A DNA stretch of 59,718 nucleotides, counting the filler, from Catajapyx aquilonaris (Eukaryota), in assembly GCA_000934665.2 (NCBI GenBank). It is 2 parts of 2 records of this genome, joined end to end, with 100 filler letters (N's around TTAATTAATTAA, not from the genome) between each part and the next. Parts side by side here need not be neighbours in the genome. Positions count along the whole stretch, not along the records: positions 1 to 29,820 come from KZ539204.1; positions 29,921 to 59,718 come from JYFJ02004736.1. One strand, 5' to 3'. This document shows positions 22,743 to 34,401 of the stretch, one piece after another (the first letter of the stretch is position 1; every line of letters starts with the position of its first letter). The translations under genes and the position numbers were made by a program. The notes beneath the pieces are model-generated. The model did no database searches and was not told where the DNA came from. It saw nothing but the letters and a program-made list of their open reading frames with translations.

Positions 22743-25700
22743 CTGAAATGCACCAATAAGGTAGCGCAACAGAGAATGTTGGGGTGTAAGTTATTGAAAA
22801 ACTTGGTCGACACCCCTCATAACACAACACACAGAAGTTGCTGTTGATGTCGCCTGAGGAGTCACCATTTGCGGGCCCTTTTTTGCCTTTCACTTTGATT
22901 TATGCCATGGATAAACTTGACTTTTGTTCACCAACAGTAATGATGGCCGCAGAACCTGGTGTACTCCTCTTTCGACACTGCAGAAGATTGAAGACGGATG
23001 CAACACATCAAGATTCTCGACTTTTGCTATAATTATATGAAATGCCCAAATTTCAGAAAACACATCTTCTCTGTGGGGATGTCAAACAAGACCTACAATG
23101 TGTAAGTTACCTGACCCAAGAAAATGTATAGCATAAAACCGCGACGGCGCGGCGGCGTGACATTTGCTCACAGTTGTGGCCCTATGATGGAAACGTGTGC
23201 CTGTATGACGGCCGCACAACGACTGGCCACATGCAGAGTGTCTCCATCAAGGTCCACGTGACACACAAGATTCGCCAGCCCGTTTCCATTTTGCACAAAG
23301 GAAATGACTCCCAGAAGGCGTGTGCAAATGTAAACAGGTCTGCAACACACAGATGCCATTGACGAAATCTACACAACATGGAGAGCCTAGAGCACCATGC
23401 AGGTCCACCTATAACGACGACGGAAGCAATGGAATCGAATCCCTTTTGCTTGACCAAGGGGGGTTAAATAAACCATCGCTTTAGCCACTGGCAATTGAAA
23501 CGGAACAGCTACCTCTAACATCGTCTTGCCACATACATGTACAGTCATGCAACCATTGATACGAGGAAGGTCAGGTCGTGCAAAGGTACTCTACTAGTAC
23601 TTGTTGGTACAGAGCAACACGGCGGGTTGCTGTTTTCTTATTATATCCGAGGGAGCACATTGCTGTTGAACTCTTTTGTGACTCTCACTTTTATTTGAAA
23701 TCCTCATGCTAGAGTCAAGAGAGTTGAAACTCCATCGAATCCTTTCTAACAAGGAAAATGATGTGTATACATTTTGGTAGGATGGGTGAGGTTGACGGGG
23801 TTTGGGGTGGGTGGAAACTGCAGATGGGGGAAAGAGAGGGCAACCTACCGTGTCCAACGAAGTATAGCACAGGGTCTAAACTGACACGTCCTTTCGCTTT
23901 CCTCAGCAAGCTAAAAGGAGTTGCACTATGGAACATTTCTACGAACACGTAGACGGACACGCACAGTCACAAAAGTGGGGAGGGTTAGCCTTCATTCAAG
24001 AAAGAAACATAAAAGAACGGAGGCGTCAAGTCCACACCAAATGAGGGGTGTCCTAAAAAATCACACTCACCGTATCCTACATTCCCGATAAGGCCAGACA
24101 AAGAGAAAAAAGAAAGAAAACATGGTTGTGTTCTTGAGTGATGCGCTTCTTAGCTGACAAGGGAAGGAATGTTTGACTTGATGCTAGGTTCAGCACAAAC
24201 TTGCAATTTATGCAGCCGCTGTGAAGCCAAACAAACTTGGTGAATCTCTTTTTTTTCTTGGCAGATTCCAAAGCCCTCGGTTTACCTTTGGACTAGTTGC
24301 ACCTTCCTTTGAGAGGTGACTTCAACGTCTTGGCCTATATACATGTGAAGCTGATTGAGGCACAAGGAGACATTGAAGACCTCTGAGGAGGTCAAAAAAC
24401 ACACAACTGCTTGCTTGCTTTGTACAAGATGCATCACAAATGCACTTTTAAGCAAAGTTTTCCTTCCAGGTGAAATTGAAAGACGCATTTTGATGGGACC
24501 ATCTCCGTATAATAAGGTGTCAAGTAATATTCCCGTATACTTGTGTGTCGAGTTAATATAAGGCACGCAATTTTCTAGCAGGCAGTGAAGGTGCAATGCA
24601 ATGCTTACCTTGAAAAGTTTGATCATGGGATCATTCGCATACTACCAGGAAGAAAAACCTTGTGTGTTTTTACAACATCGTACACCGGACGGCTTATTAG
24701 CATTGTGGTAACAAGGAAAGGTTAAGATGGAGGGCCAGCTAAATAGATGTAAGAAAAGAGAAGCAGAAAGAAAATAAATGAAAATAATCCACAAAAATAA
24801 AAATAAATAGCACATCGCCCAGCAAAAGAAATGAGGCCTTGTATTCCATTCGCAGGGGAAGAAAACTAAATGAAATCACTTGGCCTGGAAGATACTTATT
24901 CCGATGTTCAATGGGATCAATGACAGAATCCTTCCAACCTAACAAAACGAAACTGCGTGCGGGATGTTCATGACACGACTGGCAAATGTTAGGCATGCTG
25001 ACTTCACGCTTCAAAAATGAAGAATTGATGTGGCATATTCTAATTCTTCGTTAATTGGAGGAATCATGACTCAAAACTCTGTCAGTCCGGGTGGACTTAC
25101 AAGGTTTTGCCCCTGTTACACACTGCACATCACGCCAAGTTATCATAACGGTGCTCAAAATTCACTATAGGCAATCTTGTCTTATAAAGGGGATTCAATT
25201 TGCCTCGAGTTGTGCATAGATAGTAGAGTGAAGCAAAAATTCCAAGGGCACTCACTGGTTGCACACACTCTTCACACGCACACGCACACAGTCTTTTGAC
25301 GAAACCACCGCTGACAAATGTCCTCACTTGTCACCTCCTATCGGATTTAAAGCTGAAACGGAAATGTCCGTTGGATCGCTGTACACAATGCATTTGTTCA
25401 GGATTCTGTAACTGATCCGTAACAACAATCGGTTGCATGACCAAAGTCCATCAGTGCAAGAATGGCTCACAGAAATGCTCTGCTGTAAGCACATGGCAGT
25501 GTGTCCTGCGCTCGTGTGTGAAAAATATTGCCCATCAGGCTTGCTGCTGATACTATTGATAGCAACAAGCAATTATCTGCTTTCCCTTCTGTACTTACTG
25601 GCTTGCTTTCTGGGGGATTACTTTTTATCGGCACGGGCTGACAGAGAAGCACTGGACATCATCACAAAGCTTGGGGGACGGGATGGTTGTTGCCATTCAA

Positions 25701-26460
25701 ACCCCCGGCTATTTCTTCGACCTAACCTCACACTCATTTTGAATACCTGCTACATACCTGGCATACATCTCTCAAATTCATGCACTGATTGGTTCAACCG
25801 GAGCTGAACTGGTAACCCAACTAGAGTACTTTATTTATTTATTTTTATTAAATAACGAAAGGTCACAACCAGCAAAAGATTAGCATGTGGAGGGCAGGGG
25901 GCAGACTGCATGTAATTTGAAAGGGGTGGAGGGTTGTTGCTGGAGGTCACCACAAAACAGTCTGCGAACAACGGGACACATATATGCAAAAGAAAATATA
26001 CATTAGACCCAAGATCTGTTGCTGAGGCCCTACCTTTAATCCCAGTCTTTTAAAAATGCTCTTTACTCCCATTCTTTGTGTCGATTCGTGTGCATTATAG
26101 GTCTGGCTGAATCCTACTGCGCGGCTGTCACTGGTTTTCCGTGTGAGCTTGGACTTCAGTCATTCCTTTTCACATGTCATAGGTAGGAGGCACAGGACAA
26201 GGGGAGATCAAGACAGAGATAGACACATAGAGAAACTGCAAGCGAGCCAGGACAGCGCAACCGAAGCAAAGAAATGGAACTTACCCCTCCCTACCCCCCA
26301 TTATTTGTCAATTATTTGTCAGTATTTTCTCAACTGAACGTTCAGTTATTTATTTATTTATTTTTTTGAAAAAGAGGAGCACCCTTTCAGACGAGGACTA
26401 AAGCTATGGCCCAAACAAACGGGGCTTGGGGTTTAGTTGTGCTGTCGAATAATTACTTAC

Positions 26461-26527
26461 TCATGCATTCTTCTTCACCGAAGGCTTGATTTAGTAGAAT
26501 GAGGACTGAAAGAGCAAGTGGGAACAT
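26461..26527 (-). CDS. qvr: Protein quiver/sleepless, first coding exon (signal peptide)
   Basis: MFPLALSVLILLNQAFGEEECM plus A|gtaagt. Phase 1 joins the next exon to give [13 protein letters not shown] (compare fly ECQTRSIYCYEC). An in-frame TAA lies upstream of this ATG. The total protein is 143 aa. Confidence 0.88.
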
Positions 26528-26556
26528 TAGTAGACAACTGCGGCCAACAAGATCAT
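26527..26556 (-). promoter_or_regulatory. Upstream ORF (MILLAAVVY*) whose stop overlaps the qvr ATG
   Basis: Minus strand CAAA-ATG ATC TTG TTG GCC GCA GTT GTC TAC TAA-TG, a TAATG overlap. Confidence 0.55.
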
Positions 26557-27815
26557 TTTGTTAGTAGCTGATTTATGAGTTGGCTCTAATAATGTTATTA
26601 TTCAATGGCAGTCGCAGTCTTGAAATGTGCTGCTGACCTACCGAGAGATACTGTTCCCGGGGGCGTATAAAAAGATCTCCCCGTGTATTCCTGGTTCGAA
26701 GGTTGGAATGGAGCCAAAGGGCAAGGAGAATTGCCGCGGAAGAAAACATTCGTCAAAAAGGTGGAATATTACACAATCGTATGTTTATTTCTAAGAGCTA
26801 CCAAAACTACTGCAACCACATAGGTGAGGTAACTCCAGTCTACAGTTGAATAAACTGATTATATCTCCTATGCCAGGAATCGAACCTGGGTAACAAACAG
26901 CTCTGACACTGAACTACAGGAGTGGGGTGTTCTTTTCGTGGAGTTATACCTGACCTATTTAGTCGCCATAATAATAATAAAAAAAACATGCATTATACTG
27001 CGCTAATATTTACTAATGTGAAGTTCTAAAAATTCGAAATATTGAAACATACTAATGCTGCTTCTGGTCTGTCATGTAACTGGTGTATGTGCATCTTCAT
27101 AAGGGAGGCTATTGGAGAGGGGGGGGGGGGCTAATGCAGCNAGCATGGCGGGATCAATAATACGATTCAACGTACTTCCTATATCCGGCATGATCAATTT
27201 GTTTTTTACCTAGCTATTTAATAATCCCCTGAATTAACATTTCATTTGCATTAAATTTTTAAAACGGAAATTTATCTCCAGTAACTTGTGCAAGGAACAC
27301 ATCAGTGTAATACAAGTTCATCTAATAACGTTGTCGGAAATCCGTATTACGCAGTTTAATCATAATTAACAGTTTTTCTATTTGGATATCAAATAAGTGG
27401 TCATTAAAATCCAATTAGCTCTTGCCATTAGTCTCAACAAGCGTAACCTATCAATATTTCATTATAGCGGGGCAATGCCGCCAGGTGTCCTTCGTTCGTG
27501 GAAACGGAAATGTGTCACGCAAATTCCTGGGTGCCAAATATCCTCATTTCGACATCGCGACAACTGACCCAGAATAGTAACAAAAAAAGCAAACACAGGA
27601 AACATGTTGGAAGTGTCGATTAGAGTATCAATAATCTGCACTGCACAGCATCGGAACCGGAACCGGATAAACAAACAACAAAATAATGCCCCCCAACCCT
27701 CTTCTAGAGGTCACTTCATAATACCTGCATAGCATCGATCTAGCAATAACCCCCTTCCGGAAATGAACCGCTCTCAGGAACATCTCAATCCTATACGAAC
27801 TGGTCAGTGCCCCCC

Positions 27816-27886
27816 NNNNNNNNNNNNNNNNNNNNNNNNNNNNNNNNNNNNNNNNNNNNNNNNNNNNNNNNNNNNNNNNNNNNNNN
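27816..27886. other. Assembly gap (71 N) inside a poly-C tract
   Basis: N run flanked by C homopolymers. Confidence 0.98.
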
Positions 27887-28099
27887 CCCCCCCCCCCCCC
27901 TCCCCACATGTGCGGTGCTATAGAATCAATACGCCTCCTAGTGAAAGTGGGCCTAATTCATAAATTGGACGAAAGTACTCAAGGTGACTAAATCTACATT
28001 TTTAAATAAAAAAAGCCCGCTATTCCAAAAATACATTTGAAGGCCCACGTTTCAACTCAACCCTGCCGCCACATGTACCGTGCATGGAGTGTGGCCTAC

Positions 28100-28462
28100 C
28101 TATCAGGAGAAAGTTGTGAGGCTTCCTCCTGCACGTCCGGAAGAAGGCCATCCTGTAAGTGGTGTCCATCCACGATCGGAACCAGACTAGTGCCTACTCA
28201 GAGGTACATGTCGGCTGTTTTGGTGCGTAGTCTGGGCTCTGACTGCAGAGTGTCTGCTCTTGTGAAGGCAGGGTGGGGAGACAGGGGTGTTGGGGGTCCC
28301 TTGTCTGCCTTGCTCTCATCTGGCTGGTGTCCATTCGTCGACGCTTTTGGCGTCACTAGTCCTAGTCCGAATCGGGAACTGGTCTTTACGGACTTACGAG
28401 GCAGGCGCACTTGCTACTCGGCTATATCGACTGGAGTAAAACTACTAACAGTCGATATGGCC
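28100..28462 (-). other. Candidate non-coding first exon or promoter region of qvr
   Basis: GC-richer block ending in a donor-like ATAG|GTAGGC at 28100/28099. A plausible acceptor TCTCTCGGTAG lies at about 26638, upstream of the signal-peptide exon. Confidence 0.3.
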
Positions 28463-29820
28463 TCCTAGAATAATTATTAAATGTGTATAGTTGAGGAAAT
28501 GGTGCTTGAAAAATTTTCTGCGAACAATTGGCAAATAGTTGCCTGCCGAGTTGTACTAAAAATACGGAAGCTGTAGGAAAGGAAGAGTGCTTGCAAGGCA
28601 ATATTGCGGTTTCAACGACAGGCCTGCATTCCACCACTGCAGAGAGATTACGCAGCCAAGACGATCGATAGCTATATGGTTCTCAGTTGCCAAACTCTGT
28701 AGGCGACCACTATGTAGGCCACATCACATACCCACATTACAATGCGTACGACGATGTAAATTGTGCGTGACACTCATTTTTAAGAGAGATCCAAAATATG
28801 CTATTTGTTGACGATTGCAAAGTGGAGGTCTTACTCAGCAATAGTCTGGTTCAGGAATATCTTTTATGCTATTGCTATAAACAATGAAAGAGTAGCGAGA
28901 TAAAGCCATTTGATTTTGGGTAAGATCCAGGACACAGCACTAAGGTCGCCAGAGATGCGCCATTTGGTCGGAATGGAATGAATAGGCCAGCGAGGATTGG
29001 AGAATGCTAATATTTGAGATGTTGCAGTTGCGCATTTCTTTCAGACAATGAGGAAAATCCCGAGTTCGAGCCAATTTATTACGCCGGCTCTATTGCACCT
29101 TGGGGAGTCTTGGAAGTATACGACTATAGGCAATAGCCCGTCTACTATAGTTTTTTTTTTTGTAAAAATAAAAACCCGGCTGTCAGATATGCCTATATAT
29201 AACATGTGAATATGAACAGAATATATTTTGGCAGGAAGACAACTATCGTAAGCATATTATTAAATTATGGGGCCAAAACGTATTATACAGTTATAGGCTA
29301 TTGCCATGCAGAATACCTTCTGTCGACATCAATAATTTGTAGGCTATGCTCTGGTTCACTTGTAGCAATAACCTGTGCGGTAGAGTTTGAGTTGCCACTT
29401 TTTCGAGATACTGTATAACATTTTAGGTCGCCAAGTAATTAGCCATGGGAAGTAACTTGGCAGCTAAATTATTCAACGGGGCGGGGCTATTTTTCTAGAC
29501 ATAGACAGAGAAACATCCAAAATAAAGCGAAGATCTCTCGGGCAGATATGAGCCTTCACACAAAACTTTTCGACACAATAAAATGCGTATTTTTTTTGCC
29601 GAAACCGGCACGGTAAAACGTGTCATCTCAAATACAACACAAAAATACGAGTTGAATGACATGTCATCAGTAGCAGGAAACCACAATCATAGTCTACACA
29701 TGAATTATTATAATTATATCATCCTGTTGTGTGTCGAAAGTGTGTCACCGTGTTGAGTGTTGAATGGATATTGAGACTTAAGGAAGGGTTCAGTGATTTT
29801 GCATGTTGAGCTCCAAAAAT

Positions 29821-29920
29821 NNNNNNNNNNNNNNNNNNNNNNNNNNNNNNNNNNNNNNNNNNNNTTAATTAATTAANNNNNNNNNNNNNNNNNNNNNNNN
29901 NNNNNNNNNNNNNNNNNNNN
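29821..29920. other. Artificial contig linker N44-TTAATTAATTAA-N44
   Basis: Exactly 100 nt and symmetric. The central 12-mer (29865-29876) gives stop codons in all six frames. Confidence 0.92.
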
Positions 29921-32096
29921 ACAGATCGGGATGATATAAAAGTGTAAGGGTCAGGAGTGTGTGTCCCCCAAAGCGAGCCCCCGGCTCGAGTACGGGGTAG
30001 AAAAATAAAAAATAAAATAAAATAAATATTATATGATGGAATATTTTTTTATCTGCAGCAGGAAATCACCTTCCGACCTGTCAAACGGATAATGCAATTA
30101 TTAATATGGATGTGGCCTATCTATTTGGATTGAATGAATGTCTAACAACGTGCAGAGTTGTGTACACGCAAAAGGTACACATGTGATATTATACTCTTGA
30201 TTCCTGTCTGTTTAGTGTTAATTACCTAATGTATATTTACATAAATTTGATATTATTTGACATAACTAATTACAGTATTTGTCAGCAAAATGAATTAGTC
30301 CCGCTATCTGACATGCACATAACGCGCAATTGTTCCGCAAATTAAAGTGAATTACTATTTCAAAGCCCCTGCTTCATTATTTGGGTGTAATTGCGCCGTT
30401 TTGCATTCATCGCAAGTCACGATCTAGGCTCATTCTCCCCCCTTATTCTAAGCCGTGTGATTAATTACCGAACGGCAACTAGGCTAATGAATATCTACAT
30501 CATCCACCGGGTGTCAGGGAGTAACAAAGTGATGATGTCCTGGCGACCTCTACCTCCCGCTAATAGGCTTCAACGTCCCATTGGCCACTCGGCCCTCGGT
30601 TTTTAATTACGCTTTTTATTCATCCATTCTGCAAGCAAGCCCAACCCCTCGTTAAAACGCGATCCCCCGCTAATCACTGCGTCCGCCAACCAAAGATGGC
30701 ATCATGGTTCAATTGGCCCCTGTTATTTTTTCGCGCCTAATTTGTTTCCCCTATAGCTTCCCCTCTGTCATCTTTTATTTATCTTCCGCGGTCCATGAAT
30801 GCCATCTAGCAGGGCCAGAATCCTCGGTGGAAATTCGGCTCATGCGAGTGTAAAAAGGTGAGCCAACGGTGGCCCCAGGGCACGAATGACTCTTGTTGAT
30901 TTTGGCCCTCCCTCGTGCAACGATGGGGCTGTGGAAATGGACAACCGAATTGATGGCTAATGAAGCAATAGGTCGTTGCCGGGAGGCAATGAAGCACGGA
31001 CGCTGACCACATGATGCAATGCCAGCACCCAATGCGCCGTGATAAAACCGGAGCAGAGGATCAGGCAAGAAGGCTGGCTCCTTGCCTCTTTTTTTGGCAA
31101 TGCTGCTGCAGAGACACAGGGTGAATCAAAACCATTGGGCCAATTCGTGGCTGGAATGGAGTTCTGACTCACCCTGTGCATGGAGCGTCGAAATTATTAT
31201 ATGGCGAATGCGGCAATCCCAAGAGGCGGCCTTTTGTTAGCGTAGTGTTGCATTGGAATAGAGTGAAAACTGTGGTGTACAGTGTCACGAGAGCGGCATG
31301 GGAATAGGACGCTGGAGACTGGCACTGTATACAGCTCGGTCCCGCGTACCCCGTTAATAATGATGTACTGTTGTTGTGAAGATGTCAATTCTGATAACAC
31401 GTCTGGAACAAGGTGGGCAAGGAGGGGGGGGGGGGCTTGAATTTCGACTCCAAACTGCGTAGTTTCGCTTCACAGTATGCTTTGGGCCGTTGCAATTGGC
31501 GTCGACTTATTTGTTCACGTTGCATGCGCCGTTACAAGTGGAGACAACAATATTAATGAGGCCTAGTGGGGCTGGAGGTTTAATTCCATTGGTCTTATTG
31601 CCTTCTCAGAGTTCTAGTCAAGTGCGAGGAACGTGAAATACAAGCCTCGTAAAACCCTGCGTCGAAATATTTTGGGCAAATTGCTACGAATGGTCACCAA
31701 TAATTATTAGCTTTGAAATCTATTCAACAGTGTATGACTATAGGACAGCATGCACAACTTGTTACATCTCTCATCTCGTGATAAGAATTCTTCAGATCTC
31801 TGTAGCGCGTGCTGTAAAAATAAAGTAAGGAACTGTACCATCTACATGACGTAGCCTATTCAGTGATATTAATTCATAATTGGAAAGCACTTTGATATGA
31901 TTTGAGAAGCGACTCTTTGAAGTGCAAAGTAATTCGGCGCTATTGCTAACTTACACTATTGATTATCTCGAGTAGTTCACAGCTTTGAGTAGTTTTTGCT
32001 GCATCTACACAGTCATGATGTAGTCCTTTCCCATGAAATTTTCTGTATATATACACGTATAAAAGTGCAATTGTAAAAGTTCAGCGATCTTATATA

Positions 32097-32182
32097 AGGT
32101 TACGAAGTGGGGGAAGTGCACACCTGGGGTAAGTGCACATATTGTGCACTTACCCCGGGTGTGCACTTCCCCCAATTCACCT
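32097..32182. mobile_element. Palindromic pogo-like MITE (TIRs only)
   Basis: TA|AGGT...TGGGGGAAGTGCACACCTGGGGTAAGTGCACA-TAT-TGTGCACTTACCCCGGGTGTGCACTTCCCCCA..CACCT|TA. Confidence 0.75.
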
Positions 32183-34234
32183 TAACTTAATTATATTATT
32201 AGTTCCAAACCCCGTAAATGGTTTCGGAGGTGTGCATTGTATTATAGGGGTGTTTAAAAGTCGTATGTGGATTTTAATGAATGTGTGATTGCATATAGGG
32301 CCCACAGAGCCGCCTGGGTTCATGGTTCCAATTCCGTATTATGCATATGATAATATATTACCACATGCGTCATGTTTAAATGATTTTGCACCACCCTTTC
32401 GAATTCACTGGCATTGTTTGTATTCAAGTACCTTTGTGCAGAGCGTCCCGGTGCCGCAATTGCTGTAGGGTCAAGTCATCTCTCTGCACACACAAAAAAA
32501 GGGGTTGCCTCTGGTGTCCAAAAATAATCTCATATCCAACGCAGACCTCCATAGCTTGTTGCAATTGTGCGGGAGATTTCATCAAAATCTCCTCCAGGCC
32601 CAGTGAAAAAAGCCAACGTTGCAATGGATGGCAGGCCTACAAAAATGGCACGACTATACGCCATTTTTCACGGCATGTTGGCCATAAATTGAGTTTCAGC
32701 ATGGGCTAGTGCTATTTTGCCGCTGTTTTTTTTGCTCTATACCTTTTTCTGGACAAGATCAACTCTCCAAATCGACGGAACTAACTTGCACAGACACATT
32801 GTGTGTATATCAAAGGGCGTCCGAGAGAAGGATGCAGACCCGGTGCATTCATCAGTGCAGGTTATTAAATTCCAAAGTGAGGCTTTCAATGCGGGCATGG
32901 ACACACAAGACCGGTGGTGAGCATGATCAGCGATTAATCAGGATGTTCAGGCTTTGTGGCATTGCAATTGGATTTGAAGGGGATAATCCGCTGCCAACTT
33001 TTCACTGTCACCTTCATGCCTGGCTCGACTAAGCACAAAGCACTGGTTGTAATTATTTTGAGACTGGTTTGTAATCCGTTTTTCGCGGTTTGTTTTTAGG
33101 ATAATCGTCGTGTTCAACTGCTACCGGGTTTAGCTGAAAAGGAATAAAGACGTTGAAAGCTCAGTTCTTTTTTATTGAACGGGCTTCGTCGAGATATATG
33201 GCGGGGGGCTTGCTTTGCTGGCTCAAAATTATTACGGTGAGATATGGGTTCACACGCAGTACATGGTGAGTGGCTGATGAATAAAAGATGGCGTGAGATG
33301 GGTCTATTATAATGTTATGGATGTGATGGAATCACGTCTCAGTGTGGATGAAAGGGAAGAAAAGGGAAGAAAAATATGCCCCAACAAAGGGTATTGAAGC
33401 CACCTCCATCCGTCACGAGGTGTGTGTGGACGGTTTCTTTGCAGGGTAAGAAACTTCTTCAATTATAATACCCTGAGATTTGAGGCCGCGTTTCGCTTCT
33501 TATCTCCGGATTTAGGATTCCGTATGCAAAAGACTTTCATATCACCTCTTCTGCATATCTCCTTTAGGAAGAGCGCCATTGATTGGCACTCCCTACATCG
33601 ACCGACTTACTTAATCATTCTCCTGTAATACCTTATCGTGGGAGAATCTCATTGGCATTTTTTTTGAAGAGCAGTTCCATTAGCACCCAATCAGGTTTTT
33701 TGGGGGTGGGAAAAAGTTTTCTCCTTAATCACATCGCCAAGTCTCCTGCTGCGCTGGAGAAACATTCCGGATTCATTTTCCAAAAAGAGATAACTGAAAC
33801 TGTTTTTCATTTTCTTTTCCTCCCGTCTCGAGATTTTTCAGTTCTTTAAACAAGTTCCAATTATACTCAAGAATTAGTTTATGAGGACTTGGTATAAAAT
33901 CTCAGCGGACCGTAACAAGAGGAATGAAAAAGCTGTGAGCTTTAAGCACCCCTATAGACAAGTGCAACTTTTTTATTAATTAAAGTGCAAGAAACTGTTG
34001 TCGAATCACTAATTAAATTCTTCCCTTTGCCTTATATTCAGGCTCTGTTTCAGCAACTGTCCTAACCGTCAGTCAAGCTTTTTGCAAGACTTTTAACTCC
34101 CCGGTTAGATGATCTTAAGGTTATTTGCTAATACTTGTTAACCCTCGCTCATGTAATTTACCGAGCCTAGTGTTGCCCATATTTTGGCAAATTTTTTCAC
34201 CATCATATTCAATCTTCTCCGTTGCTCATTCCAG

Positions 34235-34401
34235 ATGATAGCGGACATCAACGCTCAAGTGGCCTTATTTCGTGACCTGCTGATCCACGTTGGGCAGCCG
34301 CAGGATTGCCCCGAGATGCGTGAGAAAATCCGTCGGGTGCGCAGGCAATGCGTGGACGCCTGCAAGGGCATGTCTCAGCAGCTACTTCCCCAAATACGCA
34401 G
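34235..34401 (+). CDS. Exon of an RGS7-binding protein (R7BP/R9AP family)-like gene
   Basis: ttccag acceptor and gtgagt donor. MIADINAQVALFRDLLIHVGQPQDCPEMREKIRRVRRQCVDACKGMSQQLLPQIR resembles the R7BP helical segment (N.QVAL.R.L.I..G....CP.LR.......R..C). No other exon was recognised. Confidence 0.8.
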
